Shown in pieces: positions 27,114 through 37,518 of a stretch of DNA of 64,000 nt (positions are counted from its first letter, which is position 1; each line of letters opens with the position of its first letter). Under the pieces are notes generated by a model. That model had not been told where the DNA came from. It did not search any database and saw only the letters and a list, made by a program, of their open reading frames with translations. Source of the DNA: Roseibacillus sp. (GTDB taxonomy: Bacteria; Verrucomicrobiota; Verrucomicrobiia; Verrucomicrobiales; Akkermansiaceae); the NCBI GenBank assembly GCA_029242545.1, contig JAQWTV010000128.1, positions 4,817 through 68,816 of the forward strand, written 5' to 3'. The position numbers were made by a program, and so were the translations under genes.

Positions 27114-28667
27114 TCAGTTGGCCAGTATGGCTTGCTGGGATTTAGGCTCGGGATCCGGTAAAAGGACCTGCTTCGAGGGGGGCTGTAGTTCACGACTCTC
27201 GGAAGATTCGCTTCCGGAATCCCCCAGCAGGCCGAGAAGAAGATTGGGAAAGATGCCCACGATCACCAGAACGAAGGCGAGAAAGATTGCGGGTTTCCGC
27301 TCGCTGGGAGAAAGGTCTTCGGCTTTTGTGGTGTGCGATCCCTTCGGTCCCTGGAAAGTTTTACGGTAGGCCCTTAGCATGTAGACCGCGCTGATAACCA
27401 GTCCCCACAGGGCGATAATAGTGGCGATTTGCACTGAGCCCATCCCGCTGCGCGCTTGCCATCCTTTAAAACCGGCAATGAAGACCATCACCTCTCCTGC
27501 GAAGTTTGCGAGACCAGGCAGGCCGATGGATGCCATTGCTGCGAGTCCGAAGAGAAATGCTAGCCTGGGGGTGAGGCTGGCCAATCCCCCGAGGTTTCGT
27601 AAATCGAGGGTCCCGGTTTTCTTCTCAATACGATCGGTGAGCCCCAAAAGCATGGCGATCGTTACTCCATGAGCAAACATGAGGAGAATTGCGGCGGGCA
27701 TTGCTACGGGGTTTTCCGCTTCTGATCCGGCTTCAATCAGAGCCGCAAAGGCTAGAAAAATATAACCCATGTGCATGACGCTGGAGTTGCCAAGCATGAG
27801 ATCAAGACGCTTCTGATTGATGGTCACAAGGCCAACCCAGAGGATGTTCCCGATGAGGAGGACGATCACGAGGTTAAGCCAGTGACTCATCCCCTCCGGA
27901 ACAAGAGGATGAAGTCTGAGTAGTCCGTAGAGGCCGAATTTCTTCAAGACTCCAGCGTGAAGCATGGAAATGGGAGCCGGTGCACTGGCATAGGTTGGCG
28001 CCGCCCATGAATGGAAGGGGAAGAGAGAAACCAGGGTGCCAAAACCAATAATGAGAAAAAGAGCAATGCCTTGCTGGTCTTCACTCGGAATGGATGTCTT
28101 GAGTAAATCCTCGAAGGCGAGGCTGGACGTTCCGCTGGATGATACGAGCCAAAGTAGTCCCGCGAGGAGGACAATTGATCCGAAGGCGAGGTAAATGGTC
28201 GCCTTCCACGCAATGATTTTACGTTCCCCGCGACCGAGGATGCCAATCATCAGGAAGGTAGGAATCAATGCCAGTTCATGGAACGCGTAGAAGAAAAAGA
28301 GATCAGTCGAAATAAATGCACCAATGGCTCCTGCCGCAATGAGAAGAAGAGAGATGTTCCAGAGAGCCTCATGGCGTTTTTCACAGGAACCCGTACGCGC
28401 AGCAGCAAATGCGACCGTGACCGAGAGAAGCATCATGATGACGCTCATGCCATCGTAGAGCCCAAGACCGAGACGGATTTCGGGTTTATTGAGAACAATC
28501 GGGTCCATGGACAGCCCTTCCCGGATTCCCATGGCCCATAACCCGGCAAGGAGTATGCCAGTTATCAGCATCACGGTAGTTGTTAGCCGCGCGGTGGCCT
28601 TTGGATCCCGCCCCATGAGGATAGCAATGACCCCAATGAGCGGTGTTAAAACGAGGCAGGCAGTCAT
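27114..28667 (-). CDS. nuoM: NADH-quinone oxidoreductase subunit M
   Basis: Antiporter-like subunit identified by WAPTYASAPAPISMLHAGVLKKFGLYG and by its position between nuoL and nuoN. Confidence 0.9.
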   Translation of the reverse strand: MTACLVLTPLIGVIAILMGRDPKATARLTTTVMLITGILLAGLWAMGIREGLSMDPIVLNKPEIRLGLGLYDGMSVIMMLLSVTVAFAAARTGSCEKRHEALWNISLLLIAAGAIGAFISTDLFFFYAFHELALIPTFLMIGILGRGERKIIAWKATIYLAFGSIVLLAGLLWLVSSSGTSSLAFEDLLKTSIPSEDQQGIALFLIIGFGTLVSLFPFHSWAAPTYASAPAPISMLHAGVLKKFGLYGLLRLHPLVPEGMSHWLNLVIVLLIGNILWVGLVTINQKRLDLMLGNSSVMHMGYIFLAFAALIEAGSEAENPVAMPAAILLMFAHGVTIAMLLGLTDRIEKKTGTLDLRNLGGLASLTPRLAFLFGLAAMASIGLPGLANFAGEVMVFIAGFKGWQARSGMGSVQIATIIALWGLVISAVYMLRAYRKTFQGPKGSHTTKAEDLSPSERKPAIFLAFVLVIVGIFPNLLLGLLGDSGSESSESRELQPPSKQVLLPDPEPKSQQAILAN

Positions 28668-28673
28668 TGGTTC

Positions 28674-30512
28674 CTAGCGGGCGAATACGGTGAGATAGAT
28701 GATCAGAATGATGCCTGCTCCGAACAGGAATGCATATCCCTGCAGGTTCCCGCTCTGGAGCTTCCGGAAAAGATTGCCGACTCCTGATGCGCTTCTAACC
28801 AAGCCCCCGACGATAAGATTTCCGATTACAAAATCATCGAGGAAGTGAACGACTACCGCGACTGCGTTCTGGAATACCCGGACTAGGACGAGGTAAGCCT
28901 CGTCGAAGTAGAATTTATTGCGAAAGACCTTGAACAAGCGATTCCCTGCAAGGGGGTCGCTATCCCGTCCCCGGTAGAGAAGAATGCCGCTGCTGATTCC
29001 AATCAGAAGAGCGGCCAGAGAGATCAGAAAGACTGGGTTGGTTGGGCTGAAGGAATGAGAGGGATGATGAAATGCTGGCGATAACTTTTCTGCCACGGGT
29101 GTGAAACCGGCAATCACTGACATGCATGAGAGCGCGAACAGTGGATATAGCATGATAGGTGGAACTTCCTTAGCTTCCTGCGCACCATGTCCTCGGCTTT
29201 TTCCAAGGAAGGCCACGATGAAGAGTCGAGTCATGTAAAATGGCGTCAAAGTGGCAACGATGATCGCCAGCCAGAATAAGACCGGTTGGTCATGGTGAGC
29301 AGCTTCGAGGATCTGCTCTTTGGACCAGAAACCTGAAAGCGGGTAAATGGCCATGAGCGCTGCAGTTCCGATGGCAAAAGTGATTGTGGTCTTCCGCATT
29401 CTCTGGAATAGGCCGCCCATCTTCCAGATGTTCTGTTCGTGATGGCATGCATAAATCACGGCGCCAGAGCCAAGAAAGAGCAGAGCTTTGAACCATGCAT
29501 GGGTGTAAAGGTGAAACATACCAGCTTCGCCGCTGTGATCCCCTGCCAGTCCCACGGCCATGACCATGTAGCCGAGTTGAGAGAGAGTGGAGTATGCCAA
29601 GACCCGTTTTATATCGTCCTGTTGAGTGGCCATTAGAGCAGCCAGGAGAGAGGTGATTCCACCAACCCAGGCTATGGTGGTTCCGGCAAAGCCCTCGAAT
29701 ATTTCGATGCCGGCGGAGAATTGTAGCCGGAACAGCATATATACTCCGGCAGCCACCATGGTGGCCGCGTGAATCAGAGCAGATACTGGAGTGGGGCCCT
29801 CCATGGCGTCGGGTAGCCAGACATGGAGCGGGACTTGCGCAGATTTTCCCAGCGCTCCACAGAAGACAAGAAGGACCGCAATTCCAGTGAGGGTGCTATT
29901 GCTATCCACCAGTACTGTTGCGCTGCCCGCCATCTCCCGGAATGCAAAGGTGCCGAGGATGCCCCAGAGCATAAGTATGCCGATCATGAAACCGAAGTCG
30001 CCGATTCGATTGACCAGAAACGCTTTCTTCGCGGCTTCAGCTGCGGAATCCTTTTGGAACCAATGACCAATGAGGAGGTAGGAGCTGAATCCGACAAGCT
30101 CCCAGAAGATGAACATCATGATGAAGTTGCTCGCGAGCACGATCCCTGTCATCGAGAACATGAAGATGGAAAGTCCGGCAAAGTAACGACCTCGCGCCTC
30201 GTCCTCCTTCATGTATGCGAGTGAGAACAGATGAACGAGGAGCCCCACACCTGTCACCACGATCATCATGCCGCGCGAAAGGTCATCGATGATCAGCCCG
30301 ATCTCGATATGAAAGCTGCCGGCATTTGCCCACTGAACTGTCAAAGTCCTGTCCTCGCTTTCGAGCAGTAAAAGCGCGATGACAAAGGTTGCAGCGACAG
30401 ACCCCACCGAGATGCGGATCGCTGTATCAGCCATCTCCCGAAGCAACAGCTGGATCACCGCTGCGGAGCAGAGCGGGAGCAGCAGCATGGTCCAGGAGAG
30501 AAGTTCGAGCAT
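28674..30512 (-). CDS. nuoL: NADH-quinone oxidoreductase subunit L
   Basis: FIFWELVGFSSYLLIGHWF, WLPDAMEGPTPVSALIHAATMVAAGVYM and the long C-terminal lateral helix region. Confidence 0.92.
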   Translation of the reverse strand: MLELLSWTMLLLPLCSAAVIQLLLREMADTAIRISVGSVAATFVIALLLLESEDRTLTVQWANAGSFHIEIGLIIDDLSRGMMIVVTGVGLLVHLFSLAYMKEDEARGRYFAGLSIFMFSMTGIVLASNFIMMFIFWELVGFSSYLLIGHWFQKDSAAEAAKKAFLVNRIGDFGFMIGILMLWGILGTFAFREMAGSATVLVDSNSTLTGIAVLLVFCGALGKSAQVPLHVWLPDAMEGPTPVSALIHAATMVAAGVYMLFRLQFSAGIEIFEGFAGTTIAWVGGITSLLAALMATQQDDIKRVLAYSTLSQLGYMVMAVGLAGDHSGEAGMFHLYTHAWFKALLFLGSGAVIYACHHEQNIWKMGGLFQRMRKTTITFAIGTAALMAIYPLSGFWSKEQILEAAHHDQPVLFWLAIIVATLTPFYMTRLFIVAFLGKSRGHGAQEAKEVPPIMLYPLFALSCMSVIAGFTPVAEKLSPAFHHPSHSFSPTNPVFLISLAALLIGISSGILLYRGRDSDPLAGNRLFKVFRNKFYFDEAYLVLVRVFQNAVAVVVHFLDDFVIGNLIVGGLVRSASGVGNLFRKLQSGNLQGYAFLFGAGIILIIYLTVFAR

Positions 30513-30583
30513 GGCTAAGGAGTCCTAGGGGTAAGGGCAAGTTTGTCTGTTATTTGATCGGTAAGCTTTGATGGAGTGGGCGT

Positions 30584-30904
30584 TCACCCCCTCATGGAGG
30601 TCAGATCTTTAACGTCAACTGTCTGGCGAGCCCGGTAGAGGGCCACGATGATTGCGAGTCCTACTGCAACCTCGGCAGCAGCCACGGTTATGATGAAGAA
30701 AACAAGCACCTGCCCGTTGTAATCCGGGAGTCCGTTCTCTCCGGTATTGAAACGGGAAAACGCGACAAGAGTGAGGTTGGCGGCGCTCAGCATCAGTTCG
30801 AGGCACATGAAAATCACAATAATATTGCGTCGGATGAGAACCCCTGCCAACCCAATGGCGAAGAGGAGTCCCGATATGAAAAGGTATTCCTGGAGAGACG
30901 CCAT
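30584..30904 (-). CDS. nuoK: NADH-quinone oxidoreductase subunit K
   Basis: 106 aa with three TM helices. Contains [12 protein letters not shown] and [17 protein letters not shown]. Confidence 0.92.
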   Translation of the reverse strand: MASLQEYLFISGLLFAIGLAGVLIRRNIIVIFMCLELMLSAANLTLVAFSRFNTGENGLPDYNGQVLVFFIITVAAAEVAVGLAIIVALYRARQTVDVKDLTSMRG

Positions 30905-30907
30905 GTG

Positions 30908-31540
30908 TTAGCTTTCAGAACCTCCGGATTTGGATTTTTTTTTCTTCAGGGAGAGCGCGACAACTCCAACGGTCGCAACGAGTAGAAGGACTCCTGTGAT
31001 TTGTAACGGAAAGTTGTATCCGGGTGTCCGGATGGAGGCGTTGTCACCCTTGTGACCAAACAGAGTGAGGCCGACGAGATTCACATCTGGCAGAGATTTC
31101 TGCCGCAGGCTGTTGTAGATTTCCGACTGCTTGTCAGGATCCCGGTCCTTATCGTAGAAGCCTTTCGCAGCCTCTTCGAGCGGAAGAGCTTGGGGATTTC
31201 CACCACGAACTTCGGGAAGCACCGCTGAGAGTTGGATGACAAAAGTAAAGGGAATGATCAAGCCGCCCACAATGACCATAGGGCTTGAACGTTTGAAAGT
31301 CGAGGGGGCCTTCAAGTCCAGAAGCATGATGATAAACAGAAATAACACCATGATGGCGCCCGCGTAGACGAGGATCTGAATGATCCCCACGAAATAGGCA
31401 TTCAGTCCGATAAAGAGAGCTGCGAGCCCGACGAAGGAACCAACCATGGAGATCGCGGAGCTTACCGGGTTACGAAAACATACGAGGGCTATTGCACCCA
31501 CGATGGATATGGCGGCGAAGGCGTAGAAGAAAACAGGCAT
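30908..31540 (-). CDS. nuoJ: NADH-quinone oxidoreductase subunit J
   Basis: VCFRNPVSSAISMVGSF...ILVYAGAIMVLFLFIIML, in gene order between nuoI and nuoK. Confidence 0.88.
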   Translation of the reverse strand: MPVFFYAFAAISIVGAIALVCFRNPVSSAISMVGSFVGLAALFIGLNAYFVGIIQILVYAGAIMVLFLFIIMLLDLKAPSTFKRSSPMVIVGGLIIPFTFVIQLSAVLPEVRGGNPQALPLEEAAKGFYDKDRDPDKQSEIYNSLRQKSLPDVNLVGLTLFGHKGDNASIRTPGYNFPLQITGVLLLVATVGVVALSLKKKKSKSGGSES

Positions 31541-31625
31541 CCCTAGAAGATCGATTCTTTTGGCGCCTTACAGGCTGGATACTCCCCAGAGAATCCGGAT
31601 AGGCAAATGTTCTCAGTCCAATTCA

Positions 31626-32192
31626 TCATTTCAGCTCATTCCATTTGTTGACTAGGCCCTCGCGGATCCCCCCGATCTCATAAAGGCGGTCCTTATCATT
31701 GACCATTTCCAAACGGCTAACCCCGGTCATGGCATAGTCCTGCCTCAGGAAGATGGCCTGTTCTGGGCATACTTCCTCGCACATCCCGCAATAAATGCAG
31801 CGAATCATGTCGATGTCGAACTTCTGCGGAGCCTTCTCCACCTTGGCCCATGGGTCCTCAGACTGAATCTCACCAGGCATTATGGTTATTGCCTTGGGGG
31901 GGCAGATGAATTCGCAGAGTTGACAGGAGACGCACCGCTCTCGTTTTTGTTCGTCTGTGACAAGGGCAGGAACTCCCCGGTAATATTCAGGCAGCTGAGC
32001 GTCCCACTTCTGTTCAGGATACTGCATGGTCACTCCCAGTCCGGAGGAGGCCAGTTCTTTGCCGCCCTGAGCTTTTCCACGAAGCGAAGCGATGGCGTGC
32101 TTGAGCGTAATGATCAAACCCTTGAGAATTGCCGGCAGATAAAGGTGCTCATACCAATATAGCTTTGGGCGTTTGACTTTGACGATGGCCAT
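31626..32192 (-). CDS. nuoI: NADH-quinone oxidoreductase subunit I (2x[4Fe-4S])
   Basis: Two ferredoxin motifs: CVSCQLCEFICP and CIYCGMCEEVCP. Confidence 0.93.
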   Translation of the reverse strand: MAIVKVKRPKLYWYEHLYLPAILKGLIITLKHAIASLRGKAQGGKELASSGLGVTMQYPEQKWDAQLPEYYRGVPALVTDEQKRERCVSCQLCEFICPPKAITIMPGEIQSEDPWAKVEKAPQKFDIDMIRCIYCGMCEEVCPEQAIFLRQDYAMTGVSRLEMVNDKDRLYEIGGIREGLVNKWNELK

Positions 32193-32257
32193 CAGGTAGG
32201 GGAAGTGGAAGGGCTTTAGGTATTTGGGAAAGAAAGAAGAAGGGAGTGAATATTGTA

Positions 32258-33544
32258 TTATGTAACCTTCGCCTTTCGTCTGACTTCGTTTGCCTTCGTG
32301 ATGAAGAACATGAGCAAGGCGGTAATGACCAGAGCCGGTATTCCGAAGAGAAAGGTGTTTAGAAGGCCGATATGAGGGGCGGCTATGATCAGGGCCGCGA
32401 GAAAAATGTTAAAGAGAGCCAGTTCGAAGAACACGACCCAGCCCAGTTTCATAAGTTGGTCATAACGAAAGCGTGGAACGGTCCATCGAACCCAGATGAA
32501 AAAGATAATAAAGGCTACAGTCTTGGCTAGGAAGGCTCCCATGTGAATGAGCCCGGCATACCATTTCCAGTCTCCTTCAGAGGTTTGGAGCAGGGCGCTG
32601 TCCAAACCGAATCCAAGTGACCACCCTCCCAGAAATATCGTTACGATGAGAGCAGAACCAACAATCATCGCCGCATATTCACCCATGAAAAAGAGGGCGA
32701 ATTTCATGGACGAATATTCCGTATGGTAACCGCCTACCAGTTCGGTCTCACACTCGGGGAGATCGAAAGGCATTCGGTTCGTTTCGGCGAAGATGGAGGT
32801 GGTAAATACGAAGAAGGAAATCCCCATCGGGAGAAGAAGTAGCCATTGTTGCGAGCTGGTCTGCCAATACGCTTCGTGGATCAAAGTGCCATTTTCGTTC
32901 CAGAGAGGGAGAAGAAGCCATCCGTTAGCCGCTTGATATGTTACGATATCACTAAGGTTTAATTTTCCGAAGAAGAGAAGGACAGGGATGACGGAAAGGC
33001 CCAAGGCGATTTCGTAGGAGATCATCTGGGCACATGAGCGCACTCCGCCCAAAAATGGATACTTCGAGTTCGATGCCCAGCCTGCAAGGGTGATTCCATA
33101 AACACTAAGGGAGGCAATCGCGAAAATGAAGAGAGGGCCAACCCCTATGTCGGCAATGACCATCTTGATTTCGTATCCAAATATGGTGACGGCACTTCCG
33201 AAAGGGATCACACAAAGGCTTACGAAAGCAGGCGCTGCGGTAAAGGCAGGTGCCATCCAGTAAAAAGATTTTCTGACGTGTGCCGGGGTGAAGTCCTCTT
33301 TCAACAAGCCTTTCACGCCGTCGGCAAGAGGCTGAATTAGGCCAAAGAGCTTCAGATCTTTTTTGAAGCCAAAAAGAGTGGCCGGGATGCCGACTCTGTT
33401 TGGGCCGACTCGATCCTGAAGGACAGCGGATACCCTGCGCTCGGCATAGGTGGAATAGGCCACCAAGGGAAGGATCACCAGAAAGGTGAATCCGAAGATT
33501 TTGACAGCCGAGGCGATAATGAAAAAGAAATCCATCGAAATCAT
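32258..33544 (-). CDS. nuoH: NADH-quinone oxidoreductase subunit H
   Basis: AERRVSAVLQDRVGPNRVG, and ETNRMPFDLPECETELVGGYHTEYSSMKFALFF. Confidence 0.93.
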   Translation of the reverse strand: MISMDFFFIIASAVKIFGFTFLVILPLVAYSTYAERRVSAVLQDRVGPNRVGIPATLFGFKKDLKLFGLIQPLADGVKGLLKEDFTPAHVRKSFYWMAPAFTAAPAFVSLCVIPFGSAVTIFGYEIKMVIADIGVGPLFIFAIASLSVYGITLAGWASNSKYPFLGGVRSCAQMISYEIALGLSVIPVLLFFGKLNLSDIVTYQAANGWLLLPLWNENGTLIHEAYWQTSSQQWLLLLPMGISFFVFTTSIFAETNRMPFDLPECETELVGGYHTEYSSMKFALFFMGEYAAMIVGSALIVTIFLGGWSLGFGLDSALLQTSEGDWKWYAGLIHMGAFLAKTVAFIIFFIWVRWTVPRFRYDQLMKLGWVVFFELALFNIFLAALIIAAPHIGLLNTFLFGIPALVITALLMFFITKANEVRRKAKVT

Positions 33545-33552
33545 TCGAATAT

Positions 33553-35307
33553 CTAGCCGACAATTTCTCCCGCAGTTATGCGGGTTTTTTCCGACTCCAA
33601 GAGTGGAATGCTCTGACCGGTTTTCATGATGGGAATCCCAAGGTCGGTAATCTTGGAAAGATTTAATTCTTCAAATTCGTCTACCTCTTCCGCGATTTCA
33701 CTGAAGACTTCCTCGAGGAGGTATCGGGAGGGTTCCTCCGGATCGAGGGCCTTGATCAAGTCGCGGATGATCTCCCAGTCGTCCATGGCGCCGGGCGGTG
33801 GGGAAATGGCCTGGTTCAGGCGCTGAAGGCGTCCCGTGATATTGACGAGGGAGCCTCGTTTCTCAGCAAAACCTGCGCCGGGCAAAACGACATGACTCGC
33901 TTTTGCGGTGCCGTTGGTCAGAATATGGTTCGATACAAGAAAGTCGAGGTTGGCCAGATCGTCGGCCTCAAAATGCGCATCCCCGAGAAGGTCCTCGTAG
34001 AACACAATGAGGGCCTTGATTTTGCCCTCGGCCACTCCCTGACGAATAGTCTCCAGCTTGGAATATGGATTTTTGGACGCCCAGATCAGCTTGGCGCCCG
34101 AGGTGTTGGGATTCCGGTCAGCACAAATCAGCTTTCCATCGGACTCTCCGAGCCTTGGAACCAGAGAAAGAAGGTCCGTTTCGAGAGTATCTGAAAGCCG
34201 CCGGAGCAAATATAGCTCCTCATTGGTCATGCGCCCGGAGCCGATGACGGCTACTTCCTCTCCCTTAAAGCTGTTGAGTCCCTCCGCTGCCTTTGAGATC
34301 GCACTGGGCCAGTCAGAAACCTCATGCTTGGAGCCGGTTCTCACAAACGGATCTCCGAGGCGGGTTTCTGCGTGGAGGTAGTGAAAGTTAAGTCTGTGGC
34401 TGTCAGGCATCCACGAGGAATTCACTTCGTTATTTTCCCTAGGAGTTACCCGAAAAATTTCATTTCCCCGAGTCCAGATCACGGTGTTGCATCCGGTCCC
34501 ACAGTTGACGTCGATGCTTTTTGTCTCTTTCAGGAACCAAACTCTCATCTGGAAGCGGAAGTCGTTTGAGGTGAGAGCTCCAACAGGGCATATGTCGGCG
34601 GTGTTGAGCGAGTAGTTACTGTCCAGACGACGGCCAGGATGGACGGTAAGCTTTGTGTGAGTCCCACGATCAATGAACCCGAGGACGGGGTCATCGGCTA
34701 CCTCATCCATGAAGCGGATACATCTGCTGCACATGATGCAGCGTTCATCATCGAGCCGTATCCGAGGGCCTATATCTACATTCTTAGGCTTCTTGACCTT
34801 CATTTCCTCGAACCTCGATGAACCACGTCCGTGTTCCACTGAGAACTCCTGAAGGCCGCACTCACCGGCCTGGTCGCAAATCGGGCAGTCGAGCGGGTGA
34901 TTGATGAGGAGAAATTCCATCACTCCATTGCGGCACTCTTCAACGAGTTCACCTGTCGTCCGGATTCCCATGTTCTCAGCAACAGTGTTAGCGCATGCGA
35001 TAACGGGGCGAGGCATCCACGAGATCTGCTGGTAGCCATCATCCTCATAGCTGGGTGATTCACCCGGAGCAGGACGGTTCGGCATGCCCATCTGCACGAG
35101 GCACATCCGGCAATTTCCGGGCGATGAAAGCTTGGTATGGTAGCAGTAATGAGGAACTTCCTTTTCCGCCATTTTACACACCTCGATCATCCGGGTGCCG
35201 GCGGGAACCTGGATCCATGTGTTATCTACCTGCACATTGACCAAGCCCTTCTCGGCGGCGAGGTCCTTGGGCAGCTTTTCAGCGGTCGCTGGTGCGGAGT
35301 CTGCCAT
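33553..35307 (-). CDS. nuoG: NADH-quinone oxidoreductase subunit G (short form)
   Basis: N-terminal 2Fe-2S and 4Fe-4S motifs (YCYHTKLSSPGNCRMCLV, NHPLDCPICDQAGEC, CIMCSRCIRF), followed by a molybdopterin-oxidoreductase-like domain. Confidence 0.9.
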   Translation of the reverse strand: MADSAPATAEKLPKDLAAEKGLVNVQVDNTWIQVPAGTRMIEVCKMAEKEVPHYCYHTKLSSPGNCRMCLVQMGMPNRPAPGESPSYEDDGYQQISWMPRPVIACANTVAENMGIRTTGELVEECRNGVMEFLLINHPLDCPICDQAGECGLQEFSVEHGRGSSRFEEMKVKKPKNVDIGPRIRLDDERCIMCSRCIRFMDEVADDPVLGFIDRGTHTKLTVHPGRRLDSNYSLNTADICPVGALTSNDFRFQMRVWFLKETKSIDVNCGTGCNTVIWTRGNEIFRVTPRENNEVNSSWMPDSHRLNFHYLHAETRLGDPFVRTGSKHEVSDWPSAISKAAEGLNSFKGEEVAVIGSGRMTNEELYLLRRLSDTLETDLLSLVPRLGESDGKLICADRNPNTSGAKLIWASKNPYSKLETIRQGVAEGKIKALIVFYEDLLGDAHFEADDLANLDFLVSNHILTNGTAKASHVVLPGAGFAEKRGSLVNITGRLQRLNQAISPPPGAMDDWEIIRDLIKALDPEEPSRYLLEEVFSEIAEEVDEFEELNLSKITDLGIPIMKTGQSIPLLESEKTRITAGEIVG

Positions 35308-35384
35308 GAGTCAGATTCGGGCGGAGCCTCCCATTAGGTTCAGTTGAAAATATGCATTGAGGAACCAAGCGGAACAAGCGCACT

Positions 35385-35402
35385 TTGTGAAATTTTTCAC
35401 AA
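35385..35402. promoter_or_regulatory. CRP/FNR-family-type palindrome TTGTGAAA-TT-TTTCACAA (TGTGA-N6-TCACA) in the nuoF-nuoG intergenic gap
   Basis: A perfect 8-bp inverted repeat read directly from the sequence. It matches 22/24 nt of the site at 38833..38856. It lies ~86 bp upstream of the nuoG start in an unusual 159-bp intra-operon gap. Confidence 0.45.
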
Positions 35403-35466
35403 GCGATATAAGGTCCTGACTGTCTGGGGATTGCATTTCTATTTTCCTTGGTCCTAAATCCTAGCG

Positions 35467-36897
35467 TCAGGAACTTCCAACCTGAGCACCGACTCCCTTG
35501 AGATAGCGACGTTGTGCTTTCTGCTCCGGGTTTCGGGTGACGGCAGCATGATCCTCGGCCGTATCTGTGAGGAGTTCGTCGCGGAACTTGTCGATCATCC
35601 CTTCCACTGGCCACGAGCAGGCTTCTCCGAAGGCGCAGATCGTTTTGCCATCAATCTGATAGGCGACTGACTCAAGGGTATCGAGATCCGCAGGGCTCGC
35701 TTTTCCGGCGACCAGACGGTCAGTGATCTTTTTCATCCATGTAGAGCCTTCCCGGCATGGAGTGCACTGGCCACAGCTCTCATGAGCATAGAACTCATTG
35801 ATGTTGTTTAGGACCCAAGACATTCTGCGGGAGTCATCCATCACGATGACACCTCCGGATCCTGCCATTGACCCGCAAGCAGCCATCGTGTCGAAATCGA
35901 GAGGGATTTCATCGAAGGTGATCTCTCGTTTGTCAGTGCCGGGAGGGCAAGACACATTGTAGGTGTCTGAACACCGGAGAATCTTTGCCGAGGATCCTCC
36001 CGGAATGACGGCCTTGAATGTTCGCCCTTCCAATGGCCCACCGCATACATCGTTGAGTAGTTCTCCCATGGTCATCTTCCCAACTTCGATCTCGTAGTAG
36101 CCCGGCTTCTGCACGTCGCCTGAGACGCAAAGTATACGGGTCCCGGTGTTACGGGGCGTTCCTATTTCCGCATATGAGTCGCCACCCATTTCAATGATGT
36201 GTTTTACGTGGCACAGAGTTTCCACGTTATTGACGATGGTGGGGCACATGTAGAGGCCCATCGCGGCGGGAAAGTAAGGGGGCTTGATGCGGGGGTAGGG
36301 GCGTTTTCCTTCGAGGGATTCGATCAGTCCTGTCTCCTCACCGCAAATGTAGGCTCCGGCGCCGCGATGGACATAGAACTCGCAGCTGAAGTCACTTCCG
36401 CAGATCTTTTCGCCCAGGAAACCAGCCTTCCTTGCCTCTTTGATAGCGTTTTCAACGATTCTTGCGGCCTCGGGAAACTCCTCGCGAATATAAATGTAGG
36501 CCAGTTTGGCGCCGACCGCGAAGCAGGAGATGACCATCCCCTCGATGAGTTGGTGAGGGTCTTGATGGACGATGTAGCGATCCTTGAATGTTCCGGGTTC
36601 TGACTCGTCGCAGTTACAGATAAGATACACCGGCTTCTTGTTTCCGGGTGGAATGAACCCCCATTTGACGCCAGTCGGAAAGCCTGCGCCGCCTCGACCC
36701 CGCAGGCCAGACTGTTTTACTTCCTGGGTGATCTCTCCGGGTTCCATCTGGAGGGACTTTTCGAGGGCCTTGTATCCTCCATCAGAGAGATATTTCTTCA
36801 GGGAAGGATTCCACCCTTTCCGGTCTATGTTCCGAAAGATCAGACGGCGTTCGCGCTCGTCCGGCTCCTTACCTTCGATGTAGGTGACTTTTGGCAT
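35467..36897 (-). CDS. nuoF: NADH-quinone oxidoreductase subunit F (NADH/FMN-binding)
   Basis: GLRGRGGAGFPTGVKW, YICGEETGLIESLEG and ESCGQCTPCREG. Confidence 0.95.
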   Translation of the reverse strand: MPKVTYIEGKEPDERERRLIFRNIDRKGWNPSLKKYLSDGGYKALEKSLQMEPGEITQEVKQSGLRGRGGAGFPTGVKWGFIPPGNKKPVYLICNCDESEPGTFKDRYIVHQDPHQLIEGMVISCFAVGAKLAYIYIREEFPEAARIVENAIKEARKAGFLGEKICGSDFSCEFYVHRGAGAYICGEETGLIESLEGKRPYPRIKPPYFPAAMGLYMCPTIVNNVETLCHVKHIIEMGGDSYAEIGTPRNTGTRILCVSGDVQKPGYYEIEVGKMTMGELLNDVCGGPLEGRTFKAVIPGGSSAKILRCSDTYNVSCPPGTDKREITFDEIPLDFDTMAACGSMAGSGGVIVMDDSRRMSWVLNNINEFYAHESCGQCTPCREGSTWMKKITDRLVAGKASPADLDTLESVAYQIDGKTICAFGEACSWPVEGMIDKFRDELLTDTAEDHAAVTRNPEQKAQRRYLKGVGAQVGSS

Positions 36898-36906
36898 TCT
36901 TACCGA

Positions 36907-37473
36907 CTACTTGTAGCTCTCAAGAAGTTCAGATGCTTTCTCCGCTGGGAGATCCTCGTGAAAATCATCATTAACCAGACACACAGGTGCCGAACCGCAG
37001 GAGGCAAGACATTCTGCGAATTCTACTGACCATGTTCCGCAGGGAGACACTGCAACGGGGTTGTGGTGAGAGGTCTGTGAACGATTGATTCCTGCCAGTT
37101 CACAAATTTTATCCATCAGCTCATAACTTCCTCCCATGGCGCAGCTCAGGGTCCGGCAGACCCGGATATGATATTTCCCGGGAGCATGCTGGCGCAGGCC
37201 CGGGTAGAAGGTGACTACTTCCTCCACTTTGATGGGCTCCACATCCAGCTTGGCGGCAACCCATTCGATCGCGTCGGAGGAAATGTAACCAAACTTTGAC
37301 TGGACGATGTGCAGGAGAGGGAGCACTGCTGAACGTTTCTGTTCAGCCGGGTATTGATCGATACGTGCGTTGGCTTCTTTCTCAATAGCTCTATCAGCCT
37401 CGAAAGGAGGGTGGTGTTTTGTCCCGGTGGTCTCATGAGAAGTGACCTGGTCGGTGAGGATTGTTTGAGGCAT
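36907..37473 (-). CDS. nuoE: NADH-quinone oxidoreductase subunit E
   Basis: Thioredoxin-like 2Fe-2S pattern: IRVCRTLSCAMGG...CLASCGSAPV. Confidence 0.92.
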   Translation of the reverse strand: MPQTILTDQVTSHETTGTKHHPPFEADRAIEKEANARIDQYPAEQKRSAVLPLLHIVQSKFGYISSDAIEWVAAKLDVEPIKVEEVVTFYPGLRQHAPGKYHIRVCRTLSCAMGGSYELMDKICELAGINRSQTSHHNPVAVSPCGTWSVEFAECLASCGSAPVCLVNDDFHEDLPAEKASELLESYK

Positions 37474-37518
37474 GGTGTTAATTCGCCGTGAGACTGGCTC
37501 CTGAGACAGCTCTGCTTT

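Noticed and set aside
35279-35614. 111-aa ORF spanning the nuoF-nuoG gap
   Set aside because: It overlaps the nuoF 3' end and the nuoG 5' end out of frame and has no motifs. The gap is better explained as regulatory (palindrome).
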